A stretch of DNA of 64,000 nt from an uncultured delta proteobacterium (GCA_963711835.1 CAVQFQ010000006.1:1-64000); one strand, 5' to 3'. Counted from the first letter of the stretch, positions 20,648-32,880 are shown. Translations and numbers: made by a program. The notes: generated from the letters alone by a model not told the origin.

Positions 20648-21394
20648 ATGAATGAAAACCGACGAGTCATTTTAATTACCGGAGCCTCCCGGGGCATCGG
20701 ACGGGCCATAGCTTTGCGACTGGCCCAGCCGGGCACGGTCCTGCTCCTAAACCATTATGACCCCGAGCCGAAGGCCGCCGAGGAAACCTTGGGCGAGGTG
20801 GAGGCCCGGGGGGCCCAGGGTAAAATCTATTATTTTAACGTGGCTGATTTCCAGGAAGTCCAGTCTCAAATCGAAGGCATGCTCCGGGATTGGGGGAAGA
20901 TCGACAGCCTGATCAATAATGCCGGGATCACCCGGGATACCCTGCTGATGCGGATGAAGGAAGAGGACTGGGATCGGGTCCTGAGCATTAATCTAAAGGG
21001 GGTCTTTAATTGCACCCAGGCCGTGATTCGGTCCATGACCAAAAACAAAAGAGGGAAAATTGTGGCTATCTCGTCGGTGGTGGGGGCCATAGGAAATGCC
21101 GGACAGGCCAATTATGCCGCTTCAAAGGCCGGGGTGATAGGCTTTACTAAATCCGTGGCCAAAGAAGTGGCCGGGCGGGGGATCCAGGTCAATGCCATTG
21201 CTCCGGGATTTATCGAGACCGAAATGACGGCCGTCCTCCCGGAAAATGTCCGCCTGGACTTTTTGCGATCCATCCCCATGGGCCGGAGCGGGCAACCGGA
21301 AGAGGTGGCTGAATTGGCGGCTTTTCTGCTTTCCGAGGCCTCCAACTATATCACCGGCCAGGTGATCCATATCAATGGGGGACTCTATATGTAA
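20648..21394 (+). CDS. fabG: 3-oxoacyl-ACP reductase
   Basis: TGASRGIG, NNAGITRD, YAASKAG. Confidence 0.96.
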   Translation: MNENRRVILITGASRGIGRAIALRLAQPGTVLLLNHYDPEPKAAEETLGEVEARGAQGKIYYFNVADFQEVQSQIEGMLRDWGKIDSLINNAGITRDTLLMRMKEEDWDRVLSINLKGVFNCTQAVIRSMTKNKRGKIVAISSVVGAIGNAGQANYAASKAGVIGFTKSVAKEVAGRGIQVNAIAPGFIETEMTAVLPENVRLDFLRSIPMGRSGQPEEVAELAAFLLSEASNYITGQVIHINGGLYM

Positions 21395-21561
21395 GCCGCT
21401 GTGAGGGACTGGGCTTCAAACTGGCAATGGGCAGGGGGAAATATTTGCTTGCAGAAATCACCTAAGATCATTTAGAAGGAAGATAACCATTTCAAGGACA
21501 ACAGCAGGAGGCTTACTCCAGGTCCAATACGAAGGAATGAAGAAAGGAGGCTATTAAAGGT

Positions 21562-21795
21562 ATGACTGTAGAAGAAAGGGTGAAAGCCATCATATGTGAG
21601 CAGTTGAGCGTGGCCGAGGAGGATGTGGTTCCTCAGGCTTCTTTTGTGGACGATCTGGGAGCGGATTCCCTGGATCTGGTGGAAATGATTATGGCTATGG
21701 AGGAGGCCTTTAATATTTCTATCGCCGACGAGGATGCGGAAAAGATAAAAACGGTTCATGATGCCATAGAGTATATTAAAGCCCGTTCCCAATAA
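21562..21795 (+). CDS. acpP: Acyl carrier protein
   Basis: DLGADSLD phosphopantetheine site. Confidence 0.97.
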   Translation: MTVEERVKAIICEQLSVAEEDVVPQASFVDDLGADSLDLVEMIMAMEEAFNISIADEDAEKIKTVHDAIEYIKARSQ

Positions 21796-21829
21796 CCGGG
21801 GATCTAACCACTGATCAGGAGGAGCAATC

Positions 21830-23068
21830 TTGAAAAAGCGCGTTGTGGTCACCGGGTTGGGGTTGGTCACCCCGGTAGGGATTGGGGTTCATGAAAGCTG
21901 GGACAACCTCTGCCGGGGCAAATCGGGACTTGGGCCGATTACGCATTTTGATGCCAGTGCCTTCCGGACCCGAATCGCCGGGGAGGTCAAGAACTTTAAA
22001 GCCCAAGACTTCGTCGCCCAGAAGATGATCAAACGACTGGATGTCTTCGTCCATTTTGCCCTGGCAGCGGCTCGAATGGCCATGGAGCAATCCGGCTTAA
22101 CCATCACCTCCGAGTTGGCTCCTTACGTGGGCGTGATGACCGGTTGCGGACTGGGCGGCCTCAGGACCTTGGAAGATACCCACACGGTTCTCCTGTCCCG
22201 AGGACCGGATCGTATCAGTCCCTTTTTTATACCTATGCTGATCGCCAACATGGCCCCCGGCCAGATCGCTATCGAATACGGGGCCAAGGGGCCCAATCTG
22301 GCTATCGAGACGGCCTGCGCGGCCGGAAACCATGCCATCGGGGACTCCTATAAATTAATCCAAAGGGGCACGGCCAAGGCCATGATCTGCGGCGGGGTCG
22401 AGGCCGTCATTACGCCGTTAGCCGTAGGGGGATTTTGTGCCATGCGGGCCCTTTCGACCAGAAACGAGGAGCCCGAAAAGGCCTCCCGGCCCTTTGATAA
22501 AGATCGGGATGGCTTTGTGGTCGCCGAGGGCAGCGGGATCATGATCCTGGAGGAATTGGAATTTGCCCAGGAGCGGGGTGCCCCGATCCTGGCTGAAATA
22601 GCGGGCTACGGTTTAACGGGGGATGCCTACCACATGACCGCGCCCTCTCCTGACGGGGATGGGGCCATCCGCTGCATGAAAATGGCCTTGGATGATGCCG
22701 GCCTCAACCCGGAGGCGGTTGATTACATTAATGCCCATGGGACCTCCACCGATTTGAACGATACGGCGGAGACCTTGGCCATTAAAGCCGTTTTTAAAGA
22801 ACACAGTTACAAGCTGGCTGTCAGTTCCACCAAATCCATGACCGGGCATCTCTTGGGCGGCGCCGGTGGGGTGGAATCGGTTTTTTCCGTGCTGACCATC
22901 CGGGACGGCCTAATTCCGCCGACCATTAATCTGGATCATCCCGATCCGCAGTGCGATTTGGATTACGTTCCCGGCCAGGCCCGCCGGGCCGATGTCAGGG
23001 TGGCCATGACCAATTCTTTCGGGTTCGGGGGAACGAATGCGGTGCTTATTTTTAAGAAATACACCTGA
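21830..23068 (+). CDS. fabF: Beta-ketoacyl-ACP synthase II
   Basis: RVVVTGLG, TACAAG, NAHGTST, NSFGFGG. Confidence 0.97.
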   Translation: MKKRVVVTGLGLVTPVGIGVHESWDNLCRGKSGLGPITHFDASAFRTRIAGEVKNFKAQDFVAQKMIKRLDVFVHFALAAARMAMEQSGLTITSELAPYVGVMTGCGLGGLRTLEDTHTVLLSRGPDRISPFFIPMLIANMAPGQIAIEYGAKGPNLAIETACAAGNHAIGDSYKLIQRGTAKAMICGGVEAVITPLAVGGFCAMRALSTRNEEPEKASRPFDKDRDGFVVAEGSGIMILEELEFAQERGAPILAEIAGYGLTGDAYHMTAPSPDGDGAIRCMKMALDDAGLNPEAVDYINAHGTSTDLNDTAETLAIKAVFKEHSYKLAVSSTKSMTGHLLGGAGGVESVFSVLTIRDGLIPPTINLDHPDPQCDLDYVPGQARRADVRVAMTNSFGFGGTNAVLIFKKYT

Positions 23069-23175
23069 TGACTTGAAAAAAGTCAAGAACCGGGGAAACA
23101 GGAAGCCATTATCTGACTTGAAATGGATTGTTTCCATTTATCCCAACCGACCAAGGTTGAGCTGGGAGGGAAAAG

Positions 23176-23625
23176 TTGAAAAAGAAAATTGAGCTTCTGA
23201 TCGGCTCGGACCATGCCGGTCTCGAACTTAAAAAGGCCATCTCGGACTACCTGACCCAGCGGAGAATCCGCTGGGAAGATGTCGGGGCCTTTGACCGGGC
23301 ATCGGTCGATTACCCGGATTTCGCTTTTAAGGTGGCCGAAGCCGTCTCATCAGGGAAGGCGGCCCTGGGGATCCTGATCTGCGGCACAGGGATCGGCATG
23401 TCCATTGCGGCCAATCGTTTTCCAAGGGTTCGGGCGGCCCTCTGTAACGACCTTTTTACGGGCCGGATGGCCAGGGCCCACAACAATGCCAATATCCTGG
23501 CCTTGGGCGGCCGTATTGTGGGAACCGGGCTGGCCCTGGAGATCGTCAAAACCTTTCTGGATACCCCCTTCGAAAAGGGAAGGCACCAAAGACGGGTTAA
23601 AAAACTGGAGGCCCTCTGCTCGTGA
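23176..23625 (+). CDS. rpiB: Ribose-5-phosphate isomerase B
   Basis: GSDHAG, ICGTGIG, HNNAN. Confidence 0.96.
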   Translation: MKKKIELLIGSDHAGLELKKAISDYLTQRRIRWEDVGAFDRASVDYPDFAFKVAEAVSSGKAALGILICGTGIGMSIAANRFPRVRAALCNDLFTGRMARAHNNANILALGGRIVGTGLALEIVKTFLDTPFEKGRHQRRVKKLEALCS

Positions 23626-24893
23626 TCCCCAGGATGGGAAAAGGCTGGACCCTGTTAAAAAAAGTGGATCCGGAAGTGTCCAAGGCCCTGCAGGGAGAAC
23701 TGAAGCGCCAAAATGAAAAGCTGGAATTGATCGCTTCCGAGAATTTCGTCAGCCGGGCCGTCCTGGAAGCCCAGGCCAGTGTCCTGACCAATAAATATGC
23801 GGAAGGCTATCCCCATAACCGGTATTACGGCGGCTGCGAATACGCCGACCAGGTGGAGAATCTGGCTATCGAGAGGGCCAAGCAGATCTTTGGAGCCGAT
23901 TATGTGAACGTTCAACCTCACTCAGGGTCCCAGGCCAACATGGCGGTCCTATTCGCCGCCCTTCAACCCGGAGAGGGCATTTTGGGCATGGACCTGTCCC
24001 ATGGGGGCCATTTAACCCATGGCAGCCCGGCCAGTTTTTCAGGACGTTTTTTCCGGGTGAATTTTTACGGCGTGAAGCGGGAGAACCATCGGATCGATCT
24101 TCAACAGGTGGCTGAATTAGCCGAAAAACACCGGCCCAAGCTAATCATTGCCGGGGCCAGCTCCTATCCCAGGACCATTGATTTTGAGGCTTTTTCTCAA
24201 ATTGCCCGAAGCATCAAAGCCTACCTGATGGTTGATATGGCCCATATCGCCGGGCTGGTGGCCGGCCGGGTCCATCCTTCTCCTGTCCCGGAGGCCGATT
24301 TTATTACCACGACCACGCATAAGACCTTAAGAGGACCGCGGGGGGGAATGATCCTGGCTAAGAAAGAACACGCCAAACTGATCAACAATCAAATCTTTCC
24401 AGGCATCCAGGGCGGACCCATGATGCATACCATAGCGGCCAAGGCCGTTGCCTTAAAAGAGGCCCTGGCTCCTGAATTTAAGACCTATCAACAACAGATT
24501 GTTGCCAATGCCTGCATTCTGGCCGAGGAATTAAAGACCCGGGGGTTTAACCTGGTATCGAATGGGACAGACAATCACCTGATTTTGATCGACCTGACTT
24601 CCAGAGGATTAACCGGCCTGGAAGCCGAAAAGGCCCTTGATGCCGCGGGGATTACCGTCAATAAAAACAGTATCCCCTTCGAGACCAGGAGTCCGCAGGT
24701 CACCAGCGGCATCCGCTTGGGGACCCCGGCCGTTACTACCCGGGGCATGAAAGAAGACGATATGGTTCTGGTGGCGGAATTTTTCTCCCGGGTCCTGAAC
24801 GGGATCGGCAAGCCAAAGGAGATAGAAAACATCCGCAAGGAAGTCCGGCAATTTTGCATTGGATTCCCCCTTTTTCCGGAAATCGGGTTATAA
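23622..24893 (+). CDS. glyA: Serine hydroxymethyltransferase
   Basis: [28 protein letters not shown]. Confidence 0.98.
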   Translation: MIPRMGKGWTLLKKVDPEVSKALQGELKRQNEKLELIASENFVSRAVLEAQASVLTNKYAEGYPHNRYYGGCEYADQVENLAIERAKQIFGADYVNVQPHSGSQANMAVLFAALQPGEGILGMDLSHGGHLTHGSPASFSGRFFRVNFYGVKRENHRIDLQQVAELAEKHRPKLIIAGASSYPRTIDFEAFSQIARSIKAYLMVDMAHIAGLVAGRVHPSPVPEADFITTTTHKTLRGPRGGMILAKKEHAKLINNQIFPGIQGGPMMHTIAAKAVALKEALAPEFKTYQQQIVANACILAEELKTRGFNLVSNGTDNHLILIDLTSRGLTGLEAEKALDAAGITVNKNSIPFETRSPQVTSGIRLGTPAVTTRGMKEDDMVLVAEFFSRVLNGIGKPKEIENIRKEVRQFCIGFPLFPEIGL

Positions 24894-24894
24894 G

Positions 24895-25350
24895 ATGGAC
24901 GGCCATTCGCGCCCGCCCTGGCCGGTTTATTTCGGGGACATTGCCGAACTGGTGGCCCGAAGATCCACCTGCCGAAGACGCCAGGTAGGGGCGGTGGCCG
25001 TTAAGGACAAGAGGATCCTGGCTACGGGCTATAACGGCGCTCCCTCCGGGATCCCCCATTGCCTGGATATCGGCTGTTTAAGGGAACAGGAGGGTATACC
25101 CTCCGGGGAACGCCATGAACTCTGCCGGGGCATCCATGCCGAGCAGAACGTGATTATTCAGGCCGCCTACCACGGGATTTCCATTCGGGGGGCGACGCTT
25201 TATTGCACTAATCTGCCTTGTATTATTTGCTCCAAGATGTTGATCAATGCCGGTATCCGAGAGATATATTACCGGCAAGGGTATGCCGATTCCCTTTCCG
25301 AGGAACTTATGAAGGCGGCCGGGGTGCTGCTGCTCCAGTTCCCCGGATGA
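24895..25350 (+). CDS. dCMP deaminase / ComEB family
   Basis: RSTC.RRQVGA, TGYNG, HAEQN, PCIICSK. Confidence 0.92.
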   Translation: MDGHSRPPWPVYFGDIAELVARRSTCRRRQVGAVAVKDKRILATGYNGAPSGIPHCLDIGCLREQEGIPSGERHELCRGIHAEQNVIIQAAYHGISIRGATLYCTNLPCIICSKMLINAGIREIYYRQGYADSLSEELMKAAGVLLLQFPG

Positions 25351-25412
25351 GTTCAGGCGGTAATCAGATGGCGGACTGATCATCAGCAAGAGCCCTTTTT
25401 GAAAGAAAAAAA

Positions 25413-25898
25413 ATGAAATGCCCCTACTGCGCAGCTTTTAATAACAAGGTCGTCGATTCCCGGCTCAGCAAAGAAGGCCTCCTGATACGGCGGCGGCGGG
25501 AATGCGATGAATGCCAGCGACGGTTTACCACCTACGAGAAGGTTGAAGAAATTCATCCCGTGGTGATTAAAAAAGACGGGCGCCGGGAACCCTATCAGCG
25601 TGAAAAAATCTCGGAAGGCATCCGGCTGGCCTGCCAGAAAAGACCCATCAGCATGGAGGCGATTGAGGAATTTATGGATTCGCTGGAACAGCTTTTCCAG
25701 GATTCGGGAAGAAAAGAAATCGCCACTGCCGAAATCGGAGAAAGGGTCATGGCCAAGCTTCATGAATGGGATGACGTGGCCTATGTCCGTTTCGCCTCCG
25801 TTTATCGGCAATTCAAGGATACCAGCGATTTTCTGCAGGAACTTCAAGAGCTGCTGGAGAGCCGTGAAAAAAAGCAGACCAAAGGCAAGAAGAAATAA
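25413..25898 (+). CDS. nrdR: Transcriptional repressor NrdR
   Basis: MKCPYC, RRRRECDEC, YVRFASVY. Confidence 0.97.
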   Translation: MKCPYCAAFNNKVVDSRLSKEGLLIRRRRECDECQRRFTTYEKVEEIHPVVIKKDGRREPYQREKISEGIRLACQKRPISMEAIEEFMDSLEQLFQDSGRKEIATAEIGERVMAKLHEWDDVAYVRFASVYRQFKDTSDFLQELQELLESREKKQTKGKKK

Positions 25899-25998
25899 GT
25901 TTTCCTTTCAAGGTATTGGGTTTTTGGTTCAAAATCCCCCTGCATAGGGGGATTTCTACCTGACCACCTTTTTAGATCCGGGAGGTCCTGATCAGGCG

Positions 25999-27105
25999 AT
26001 GACGAGTCCGTCTCAATATGACAGTTTTTATATGAAACAGGCCTTACGGTTGGCCCAGAAAGGCCTGGGCCGGACTTCCCCCAACCCCATGGTGGGTGCG
26101 GTAGTGGTAAAAAAAGGGCTGGTGGTCGGACAGGGCTATCATCAAAGGGCCGGGGGCCCTCATGCCGAACAGGCTGCCCTGGCCCAGGCCGGGGCCAGGG
26201 CTGAAGGGGCCACCCTGTACCTGAATCTGGAGCCCTGCCATCATCAGGGCCGAACTCCTCCCTGTACGAAGGCCATCCTGGCCAGCAGGATAAAAAAAGT
26301 GGTTTTCGGGATGGTCGATCCCAATCCCAGGGTTCAAGGCGGAGGGGCCGGCTACCTGCAGTCTCAGGGGATTGAGGTCATAGCGGGGGTTCTGGAAGCA
26401 GATTGCCGGCGCTTAAATGAGGTTTTTATTAAATGGATTACCACGAAGTTGCCTTTTGTCATCCTGAAGTCGGCCGTGAGTCTGGATGGCCGCATTGCCA
26501 CCAGGACCGGCGATTCCAAGTGGATTAGCAATGAGCGCTCCCGTTTATACGTCCATCGGCTGCGGAATCAGGTTGACGGAATCCTGGTCGGCATCGGGAC
26601 CGTCTTAAAGGATGATCCTTTACTGACGGTCAGGCTTTCCCGGGGCAAGGTGAAAGATCCGGTCCGGATCGTCATCGACCCCGGCCTGCAATTTCCCGTT
26701 AAGGCCCGTATGTTTTCCGAACCCGGAAAAATTCTGATCATCACCGGGGAAAGGCCTTTGGGTAGAAAAATAAAAGAACTCCGCTCCCGGGGCGCGGAAG
26801 TGCTTTTTTGGCCGACTCAGGAGGGACGGTTTTCAACCCGCCGGATAACCGCCTGGCTCGGCCGGCAGGGGATAACCAGCCTTTTGGTGGAGGGCGGGGC
26901 GGAGATTTACGGCTCCTTTCTGTTTGAAAGGCAGGTTGATAAGTTGGTTTTGTTTCTTGCGCCCTTACTGATCGGCGGGCGGCGGGCCAAAGCGATGATC
27001 GGGGGGGTCGGCATTCCAACGGTGGCCGAGGCCATTCGATTGAGAGAGATGAAGGTCAAAAGGCTCGGGGGGGATATTTTAGTGGAAGCCTATCCGGAAA
27101 AGTGA
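25999..27105 (+). CDS. ribD: Riboflavin deaminase/reductase
   Basis: PNPMVGAV, HAE, LEPC.H.GRTPPC, SLDGRIA. Confidence 0.97.
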   Translation: MTSPSQYDSFYMKQALRLAQKGLGRTSPNPMVGAVVVKKGLVVGQGYHQRAGGPHAEQAALAQAGARAEGATLYLNLEPCHHQGRTPPCTKAILASRIKKVVFGMVDPNPRVQGGGAGYLQSQGIEVIAGVLEADCRRLNEVFIKWITTKLPFVILKSAVSLDGRIATRTGDSKWISNERSRLYVHRLRNQVDGILVGIGTVLKDDPLLTVRLSRGKVKDPVRIVIDPGLQFPVKARMFSEPGKILIITGERPLGRKIKELRSRGAEVLFWPTQEGRFSTRRITAWLGRQGITSLLVEGGAEIYGSFLFERQVDKLVLFLAPLLIGGRRAKAMIGGVGIPTVAEAIRLREMKVKRLGGDILVEAYPEK

Positions 27106-27167
27106 GATACTAAAAACTCAGGGCCTTGTCACGGCAGTCAGAAAGGGTTCAACGAAGAAAGCAAGCC

Positions 27168-27824
27168 ATGTTTACCGGGTTGATTGAAGGCGTAGGACGG
27201 CTTTTACGGATGGAAAAACGAGGGGAAGAGGCCCTGCTTTGGATCCGTCCTGATTTTCCCATGGAGGAAAGAAAACTGGGAGAAAGCATTTCAGTCAATG
27301 GGGTATGTCTAACCGTTACCGCCTGGAAAGGGGAGTCCTTTTCAGTGGATGCTTCCAAGGAGACCCTGGCCCGGACCAACCTGGGTCACTTGCAGGTCCA
27401 GGATCCCGTCAATCTGGAAAGGGCCCTGCGATTTTCGGATCGGTTGGGAGGACATTTGGTTACCGGCCATATTGACGGGACGGGGAAGATCTCCCAAAAA
27501 CGGCCCGAAGGGGATTTCTTTTTTTTAAAGGTATCTTTTGCTCCCTTTTTAAAGCCTTTTATCGTCGAAAAGGGGTCGATTGCCCTTGATGGGGTCAGTT
27601 TAACCGTCAACGAGGTTGGGGAAGGGGATTTTTCCCTGACTATTATTCCTCATACCGCCCTTCAGACGACCCTGCATAAGGGGAGGGTAGGGCAAGAGGT
27701 TAATCTGGAAACCGATATCATCGGGAAATACGTTTATCAATTCCTGAGACACTGGAAAGAGGAACCGGCCCAGGAGACCTCCAAGGTCAGTCCTGATTTT
27801 TTGCGGGAACATGGATTCTTATAA
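27168..27824 (+). CDS. ribE: Riboflavin synthase (alpha chain)
   Basis: MFTGLIE, NGVCLT, GGHLVTGHID. Confidence 0.96.
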   Translation: MFTGLIEGVGRLLRMEKRGEEALLWIRPDFPMEERKLGESISVNGVCLTVTAWKGESFSVDASKETLARTNLGHLQVQDPVNLERALRFSDRLGGHLVTGHIDGTGKISQKRPEGDFFFLKVSFAPFLKPFIVEKGSIALDGVSLTVNEVGEGDFSLTIIPHTALQTTLHKGRVGQEVNLETDIIGKYVYQFLRHWKEEPAQETSKVSPDFLREHGFL

Positions 27825-28012
27825 ATTAGCCGGCAGCCAACAGCGCACCTAACCCCTTTAGCCGTCCGGGCCGGGATAGGGCGATGAGTTACCCTTTGGA
27901 CAACCCCAGAAAAGAAGACCCCCCGGTCCCTGTTGGTCACTATTATTTTGAGACCCTTAATAAGCCGACCGCGGAAGGCCGGCGGCTGATAGCAGCTAAA
28001 GGAGTTTAACGT

Positions 28013-29239
28013 ATGTCTATAGCCACTATAGAAGAGGCCCTGGACGATATCCGGGCCGGGAAGATGGTCATCTTGGTTGACGATGAAGACCGGGAGAATG
28101 AAGGGGATTTGACGATGGCCGCTGAGAAGGTCACGCCCGAAGCCGTTAATTTCATGGCCCGGCATGGGCGGGGGCTGATCTGTCTTTCCTTGACCCCGGA
28201 ACGGGTGGAACAACTGCAACTGCCGATGATGGTTCGAAATAACACCTCCGCTTTTAAAACCGCTTTTACCATTTCCATCGAAGCCCGGAAAGGGGTAACT
28301 ACCGGGATCTCGGCCGCCGATCGGGCCACCACGATCCTGACCGCCATTCAAGAGGAGACCAAAGCCGAGGATTTAGTCAGCCCGGGGCATGTCTTTCCCC
28401 TGCGGGCCCGCCGGGGCGGCGTGCTGGTCAGGACCGGTCAGACCGAAGGGTCGGTGGATCTTTCGAGATTGGCCGGCTTAAAGCCCTTCGGCGTAATTTG
28501 CGAAATCATGAAAGACGACGGGACCATGGCCAGGATGCCTGATCTGGAGATTTTTTCCCAGGCCCATGGTCTTAAGATCGTGACCATTCGGGATCTGATC
28601 GAGTATCGGTTCAGGAATGAGGCCCTGGTCCATCGCCAGGCCGAAACCGTCCTGCCCACTCCCTACGGGACCTTCAGAGCCTTTGTTTATGAAAATGATG
28701 TTGATGAACACCAGCATCTGGCCTTGGTTAAAGGGGAGATAACCCGTAATGAAGCCATCCTGGTCCGGGTTCATTCGGAGTGCCTGACCGGGGATGTTTT
28801 CGGCTCCTTCCGGTGTGATTGCGGTGAACAGCTCAAGTCGGCTTTGACCAAGATCGAAAACGCCGGGCAGGGGATCCTGCTCTATATCCATCAGGAGGGT
28901 CGAGGCATAGGTCTGGTTAATAAATTGAAGGCCTACATGCTTCAGGACCAGGGAAAGGACACCGTTGAGGCCAACGAGGCCTTAGGGTTTCGGGCCGATC
29001 TTAGGGATTATGGAATCGGGGCCCAGATCCTGTCCGATTTGGGGGTCCGCAAGATGAAACTGATGACCAACAATCCCAAGAAGATTATCGGTCTGGAAGG
29101 CTACGGCTTAGAAGTTACCGAGCGGATACCGATCGAAATCCCGCCCAAAAAAGAAAACCTTAATTATCTTAAAACCAAACGGCAAAAAATGGGGCACTTG
29201 CTTAATTTATCGGCCGCCGCCGGAGAAGGTAAATCCTGA
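28013..29239 (+). CDS. ribBA: Bifunctional DHBP synthase / GTP cyclohydrolase II
   Basis: [32 protein letters not shown]. Confidence 0.97.
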   Translation: MSIATIEEALDDIRAGKMVILVDDEDRENEGDLTMAAEKVTPEAVNFMARHGRGLICLSLTPERVEQLQLPMMVRNNTSAFKTAFTISIEARKGVTTGISAADRATTILTAIQEETKAEDLVSPGHVFPLRARRGGVLVRTGQTEGSVDLSRLAGLKPFGVICEIMKDDGTMARMPDLEIFSQAHGLKIVTIRDLIEYRFRNEALVHRQAETVLPTPYGTFRAFVYENDVDEHQHLALVKGEITRNEAILVRVHSECLTGDVFGSFRCDCGEQLKSALTKIENAGQGILLYIHQEGRGIGLVNKLKAYMLQDQGKDTVEANEALGFRADLRDYGIGAQILSDLGVRKMKLMTNNPKKIIGLEGYGLEVTERIPIEIPPKKENLNYLKTKRQKMGHLLNLSAAAGEGKS

Positions 29240-29313
29240 CGGGGCATCCCTGGAGTTTTCTTTTAGGGCAAAAGTTAAAAGGGATGGGAGATTGAGAAAA
29301 AGGAGGAAGGGCT

Positions 29314-29784
29314 ATGGCCAAAGTTATTGAAGGAAAATTGCAGGCAGAGGGGATGAAGTTCGCCATTGTGGTCAGCCGCTTCAATGATTTTATTGGCGAA
29401 CACTTGGTCGGAGGGGCCTTGGACGCCCTGAATCGCAGCGGGGCCAAAGAAACGGACCTGACGGTTTTTAAGGTACCCGGGGCCTTTGAAATTCCCCTGG
29501 TGGCCAAGCAGTTGGCCCAGCAAAAAAAATACGACGCCGTCATTTGCCTGGGCGCGGTCATTCGAGGCGCTACTCCCCATTTCGAGTATGTCAGTGCCGA
29601 AGTGTCCAAAGGGATTGCCAATGCCTCCCTGGAGACGGGAGTGCCTATGGCCTTTGGAGTGATTACCACCGACAACTTGGAGCAGGCCATTGAGAGGGCC
29701 GGGTCTAAGTCGGGCAACAAAGGCTGGAGTGCCGCCATCGCCGCCATCGAGATGGTGGATTTGCTGCGGCAGATTCGGTCGTAG
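29314..29784 (+). CDS. ribH: 6,7-dimethyl-8-ribityllumazine synthase
   Basis: [20 protein letters not shown]. Confidence 0.97.
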   Translation: MAKVIEGKLQAEGMKFAIVVSRFNDFIGEHLVGGALDALNRSGAKETDLTVFKVPGAFEIPLVAKQLAQQKKYDAVICLGAVIRGATPHFEYVSAEVSKGIANASLETGVPMAFGVITTDNLEQAIERAGSKSGNKGWSAAIAAIEMVDLLRQIRS

Positions 29785-29876
29785 GAGGTCCGGAGGGCTT
29801 TCTGCCGCCGCCGGGGGGGAGCCCATTGGGCCTTAAGTCGGGAGATCGGTAAAGGCTTGGCGCGAGGTATTCATCT

Positions 29877-30323
29877 ATGGGGAGCCGGAGAAAGTCCAGG
29901 GAATTGGCGGTCCAGGCCTTATTCCAACTCGATATGAACCCCGGTCTGCGGGGGGAGCAGTCCCTGGCCGTTTTTAGTGAAAATTTTCCGATAGCCGAGG
30001 ACGACCGGCCCTTTTTTTCCCGTTTGGTTCGCGGGGTCTGCGACCACCTGAAAGAGATCGACCGGATCATTCGCCGGCACTCCGAAAATTGGCGCCTGGA
30101 ACGGATGTCCCGGGTGGATCGTAATATCCTGCGGCTGGCCGTGTTTGAGATTTCTTATTGCCCTGATATTCCGCCCCGAGTGGCCATCAATGAGGCCATC
30201 GAACTGGGCAAATATTTCGGAAGCGAAGAATCCGGGGCCTTTATCAACGGCATCCTGGATAGTATTTATCTGGAAAAAAACCAGACCAGTTCCAGGGAGG
30301 AAAGCGAATCGTCCAATCCGTAA
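29877..30323 (+). CDS. nusB: Transcription antitermination factor NusB
   Basis: RRKSRELAVQ, DRNILR, FINGILD. Confidence 0.96.
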   Translation: MGSRRKSRELAVQALFQLDMNPGLRGEQSLAVFSENFPIAEDDRPFFSRLVRGVCDHLKEIDRIIRRHSENWRLERMSRVDRNILRLAVFEISYCPDIPPRVAINEAIELGKYFGSEESGAFINGILDSIYLEKNQTSSREESESSNP

Positions 30324-30326
30324 GCC

Positions 30327-32819
30327 ATGAAAGACACCTATACACCGCAAACGATTGAAAGCCGATGGCAGGCCCGCTGGGAGAAGGAAAGACCTTATCG
30401 GGCCTTGGAAGATCCCGGACGCCCGAAATACTACCTCTTGGAGATGTTTCCTTACCCCTCGGGGAGGATCCACATGGGGCATGTCCGAAATTATACCATC
30501 GGGGATGTCGTGGCCCGCTACAAGCGGATGCGGGGATTTAACGTCCTCCACCCCATGGGCTGGGATGCTTTCGGCATGCCGGCGGAAAATGCGGCTCTGG
30601 CGCATAAGATCCACCCGGCGCGCTGGACCTACGAAAATATCGAATCGATGCGAACCCAATTAAAAAGACTGGGCTTCAGTTATGATTGGGATCGGGAATT
30701 CGCCACCTGCGATCCGGACTACTACAAATGGGAGCAACTTTTTTTCCTCAAAATGTGGGAGAGGGGGTTGATCTATCGGAAAAGGTCACTGGTCAACTGG
30801 TGCGACCGGTGCGGAACGGTACTGGCCAACGAACAGGTGGTGGGGGACGGCCTTTGTTGGCGCTGCGATCAGCCCGTTCAGGGTAAAAAATTGGAGCAAT
30901 GGTTTTTCCGGATCACCGACTATGCCGAAGAATTGCTGCAAGGGTGCGAGCACCTGCCGGGGTGGCCCGAAAAGGTCCTGACCATGCAGCGGAACTGGAT
31001 TGGAAAAAGCCTGGGCACCGAAATCGATTTCCATCTGGAAAAAGAGGGCGGGGTGTTGACGGTCTTCACCACCCGTCCGGACACCCTCTATGGGGCCACG
31101 TTTATGAGCCTGGCGGTGGAACATCCTCTGGTCGCCGAGCTCTCGGTGAACACCTCGCAGGAAGAGGCGGTCAGGGATTTCGTCCAAAAGGTGAAAAGTC
31201 AGAACCGCCGCCCCGGGTTTGAAGACGAACTGGAGAAGGAAGGCGTGTTTATCGGCGCCCACTGCATCAACCCTCTAACCGGGGAGAGGATGCCCTTATA
31301 TGCCGCCAATTTTGTCCTGATGGAATATGGTACCGGAGCTGTTATGGCGGTTCCGACCCACGACCAGCGGGATTTCGAGTTTGCCCAAAAATACGGACTC
31401 CCTTTGCGGGTTGTGGTCCAGTCCGGGGATAAGGACCGGTTCAGCCCCGGGGAGATGACCCAGGCCTACGAAGGTCCGGGATCCCTGGTCAATTCGGGAC
31501 CTTTTACCGGTCTGGACAATGAAGCCGGCAAAGAGGCTATTACGGACCACCTGGAAAAGACCGGGTTGGGACGGAAGAAGGTCCAATACCGTTTACGGGA
31601 TTGGGGCGTATCCCGGCAGCGTTACTGGGGAGCCCCCATCCCCATGATCTTCTGCGAGCGTTGCGGCCTTGTACCGGTACCCGAAGCGGACCTTCCGGTC
31701 CGACTGCCTCTGACAGCCGAAATCACCCCCTCGGGCGGATCCCCTCTGCCTTTTCTCAAGGCCTTTGTTGAGACCCGCTGCCCTAAATGCCAAGGTCCGG
31801 GGCGAAGGGAAACCGACACCATGGATACCTTCGTTGAGTCCTCCTGGTACTTTGATCGTTATGCCTGCCCCGATTATCAGGAAGGTCCCCTGGATAAAAA
31901 AAGGGTCGACTATTGGATGCCGGTGGATCAATATATCGGCGGGATCGAACATGCGGTCCTGCACCTGCTTTATTCCCGGTTCTTTACCAAGGTCCTGCGC
32001 GATCTCGGCTGGCTCCAGGTGGACGAACCCTTCAGCAGACTGCTGACCCAAGGCATGGTTATCAAAGACGGCTCAAAGATGTCCAAATCCAAGGGAAATG
32101 TGGTGGATCCGGATGAACTGATCCGCAGGTATGGAGCCGATACGGTGCGTCTTTTTTGCCTCTTCGCTTCACCTCCGGAACGAGACCTGGATTGGAATGA
32201 CCAGGGGGTGGAAGGATCTTTCCGCTTTCTGCACCGGGTTTGGAATCTGGTCCGGGAAAGCCAGGGCGAAAATCAACCAGGCCTTATTTCGAAAGAAAAC
32301 CCGGCCCTGGAAGGTTCGGCCCGGAGCCTCCGTCTAAAAGTAAATCAGACCATAAAAAAGGTCACCGAGGACATTGAGGAACGGTTTCATTTTAATACGG
32401 CCATCAGTGCCATAATGGAACTGGTCAATGCCGCCTATCTCTTCCGAGCTGAGGCTTCTCAGTCTCCGGCTGCGGCCGGGATCCTGTCCAAAGCTGTTAA
32501 AACCATTTTGATTCTTCTTTCCCCGATTGTTCCCCATCTGTGCGAAGAACTCTGGGAAACCCTGGGAAACGAGGGCAGCGTTCAGAAGCAGCCCTGGCCC
32601 GGGTGGGATCCGGAAGCCTTAACCGAAGACGAGCAGGTGATCGTGATCCAGGTAAACGGGAAGTTGCGTTCCCGGATGGTGGTAGGAGGTTCTATCGGGG
32701 AGGAAGAGATCAAAGCCTCGGCCTTGAATCAGACCCGAATCAGAGAATGGCTTCAGGGGAAAGAAGTGGCCAAGGTCATCCTGGTCCCCAAGAAACTGGT
32801 TAATATTGTGGTTAAATAA
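30327..32819 (+). CDS. leuS: Leucine--tRNA ligase
   Basis: [20 protein letters not shown]. Confidence 0.98.
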   Translation: MKDTYTPQTIESRWQARWEKERPYRALEDPGRPKYYLLEMFPYPSGRIHMGHVRNYTIGDVVARYKRMRGFNVLHPMGWDAFGMPAENAALAHKIHPARWTYENIESMRTQLKRLGFSYDWDREFATCDPDYYKWEQLFFLKMWERGLIYRKRSLVNWCDRCGTVLANEQVVGDGLCWRCDQPVQGKKLEQWFFRITDYAEELLQGCEHLPGWPEKVLTMQRNWIGKSLGTEIDFHLEKEGGVLTVFTTRPDTLYGATFMSLAVEHPLVAELSVNTSQEEAVRDFVQKVKSQNRRPGFEDELEKEGVFIGAHCINPLTGERMPLYAANFVLMEYGTGAVMAVPTHDQRDFEFAQKYGLPLRVVVQSGDKDRFSPGEMTQAYEGPGSLVNSGPFTGLDNEAGKEAITDHLEKTGLGRKKVQYRLRDWGVSRQRYWGAPIPMIFCERCGLVPVPEADLPVRLPLTAEITPSGGSPLPFLKAFVETRCPKCQGPGRRETDTMDTFVESSWYFDRYACPDYQEGPLDKKRVDYWMPVDQYIGGIEHAVLHLLYSRFFTKVLRDLGWLQVDEPFSRLLTQGMVIKDGSKMSKSKGNVVDPDELIRRYGADTVRLFCLFASPPERDLDWNDQGVEGSFRFLHRVWNLVRESQGENQPGLISKENPALEGSARSLRLKVNQTIKKVTEDIEERFHFNTAISAIMELVNAAYLFRAEASQSPAAAGILSKAVKTILILLSPIVPHLCEELWETLGNEGSVQKQPWPGWDPEALTEDEQVIVIQVNGKLRSRMVVGGSIGEEEIKASALNQTRIREWLQGKEVAKVILVPKKLVNIVVK

Positions 32820-32880
32820 GGCTCAAGCGGAAAAGGTGGTCTGGATGAGCCCTCATGAATAAGGGGCTAAGGGAGGGTTT

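Noticed and set aside
25899-25998. FMN riboswitch upstream of ribD (also checked the ribE-ribBA spacer)
   Set aside because: Only simple hairpins such as AAATCCCCCT-GCAT-AGGGGGATTT; the conserved RFN core is absent.
29202-30659. Long antisense ORFs over ribH/nusB/leuS and similar ones elsewhere
   Set aside because: Shadow frames of well-supported GC-rich housekeeping genes, with no independent motifs.
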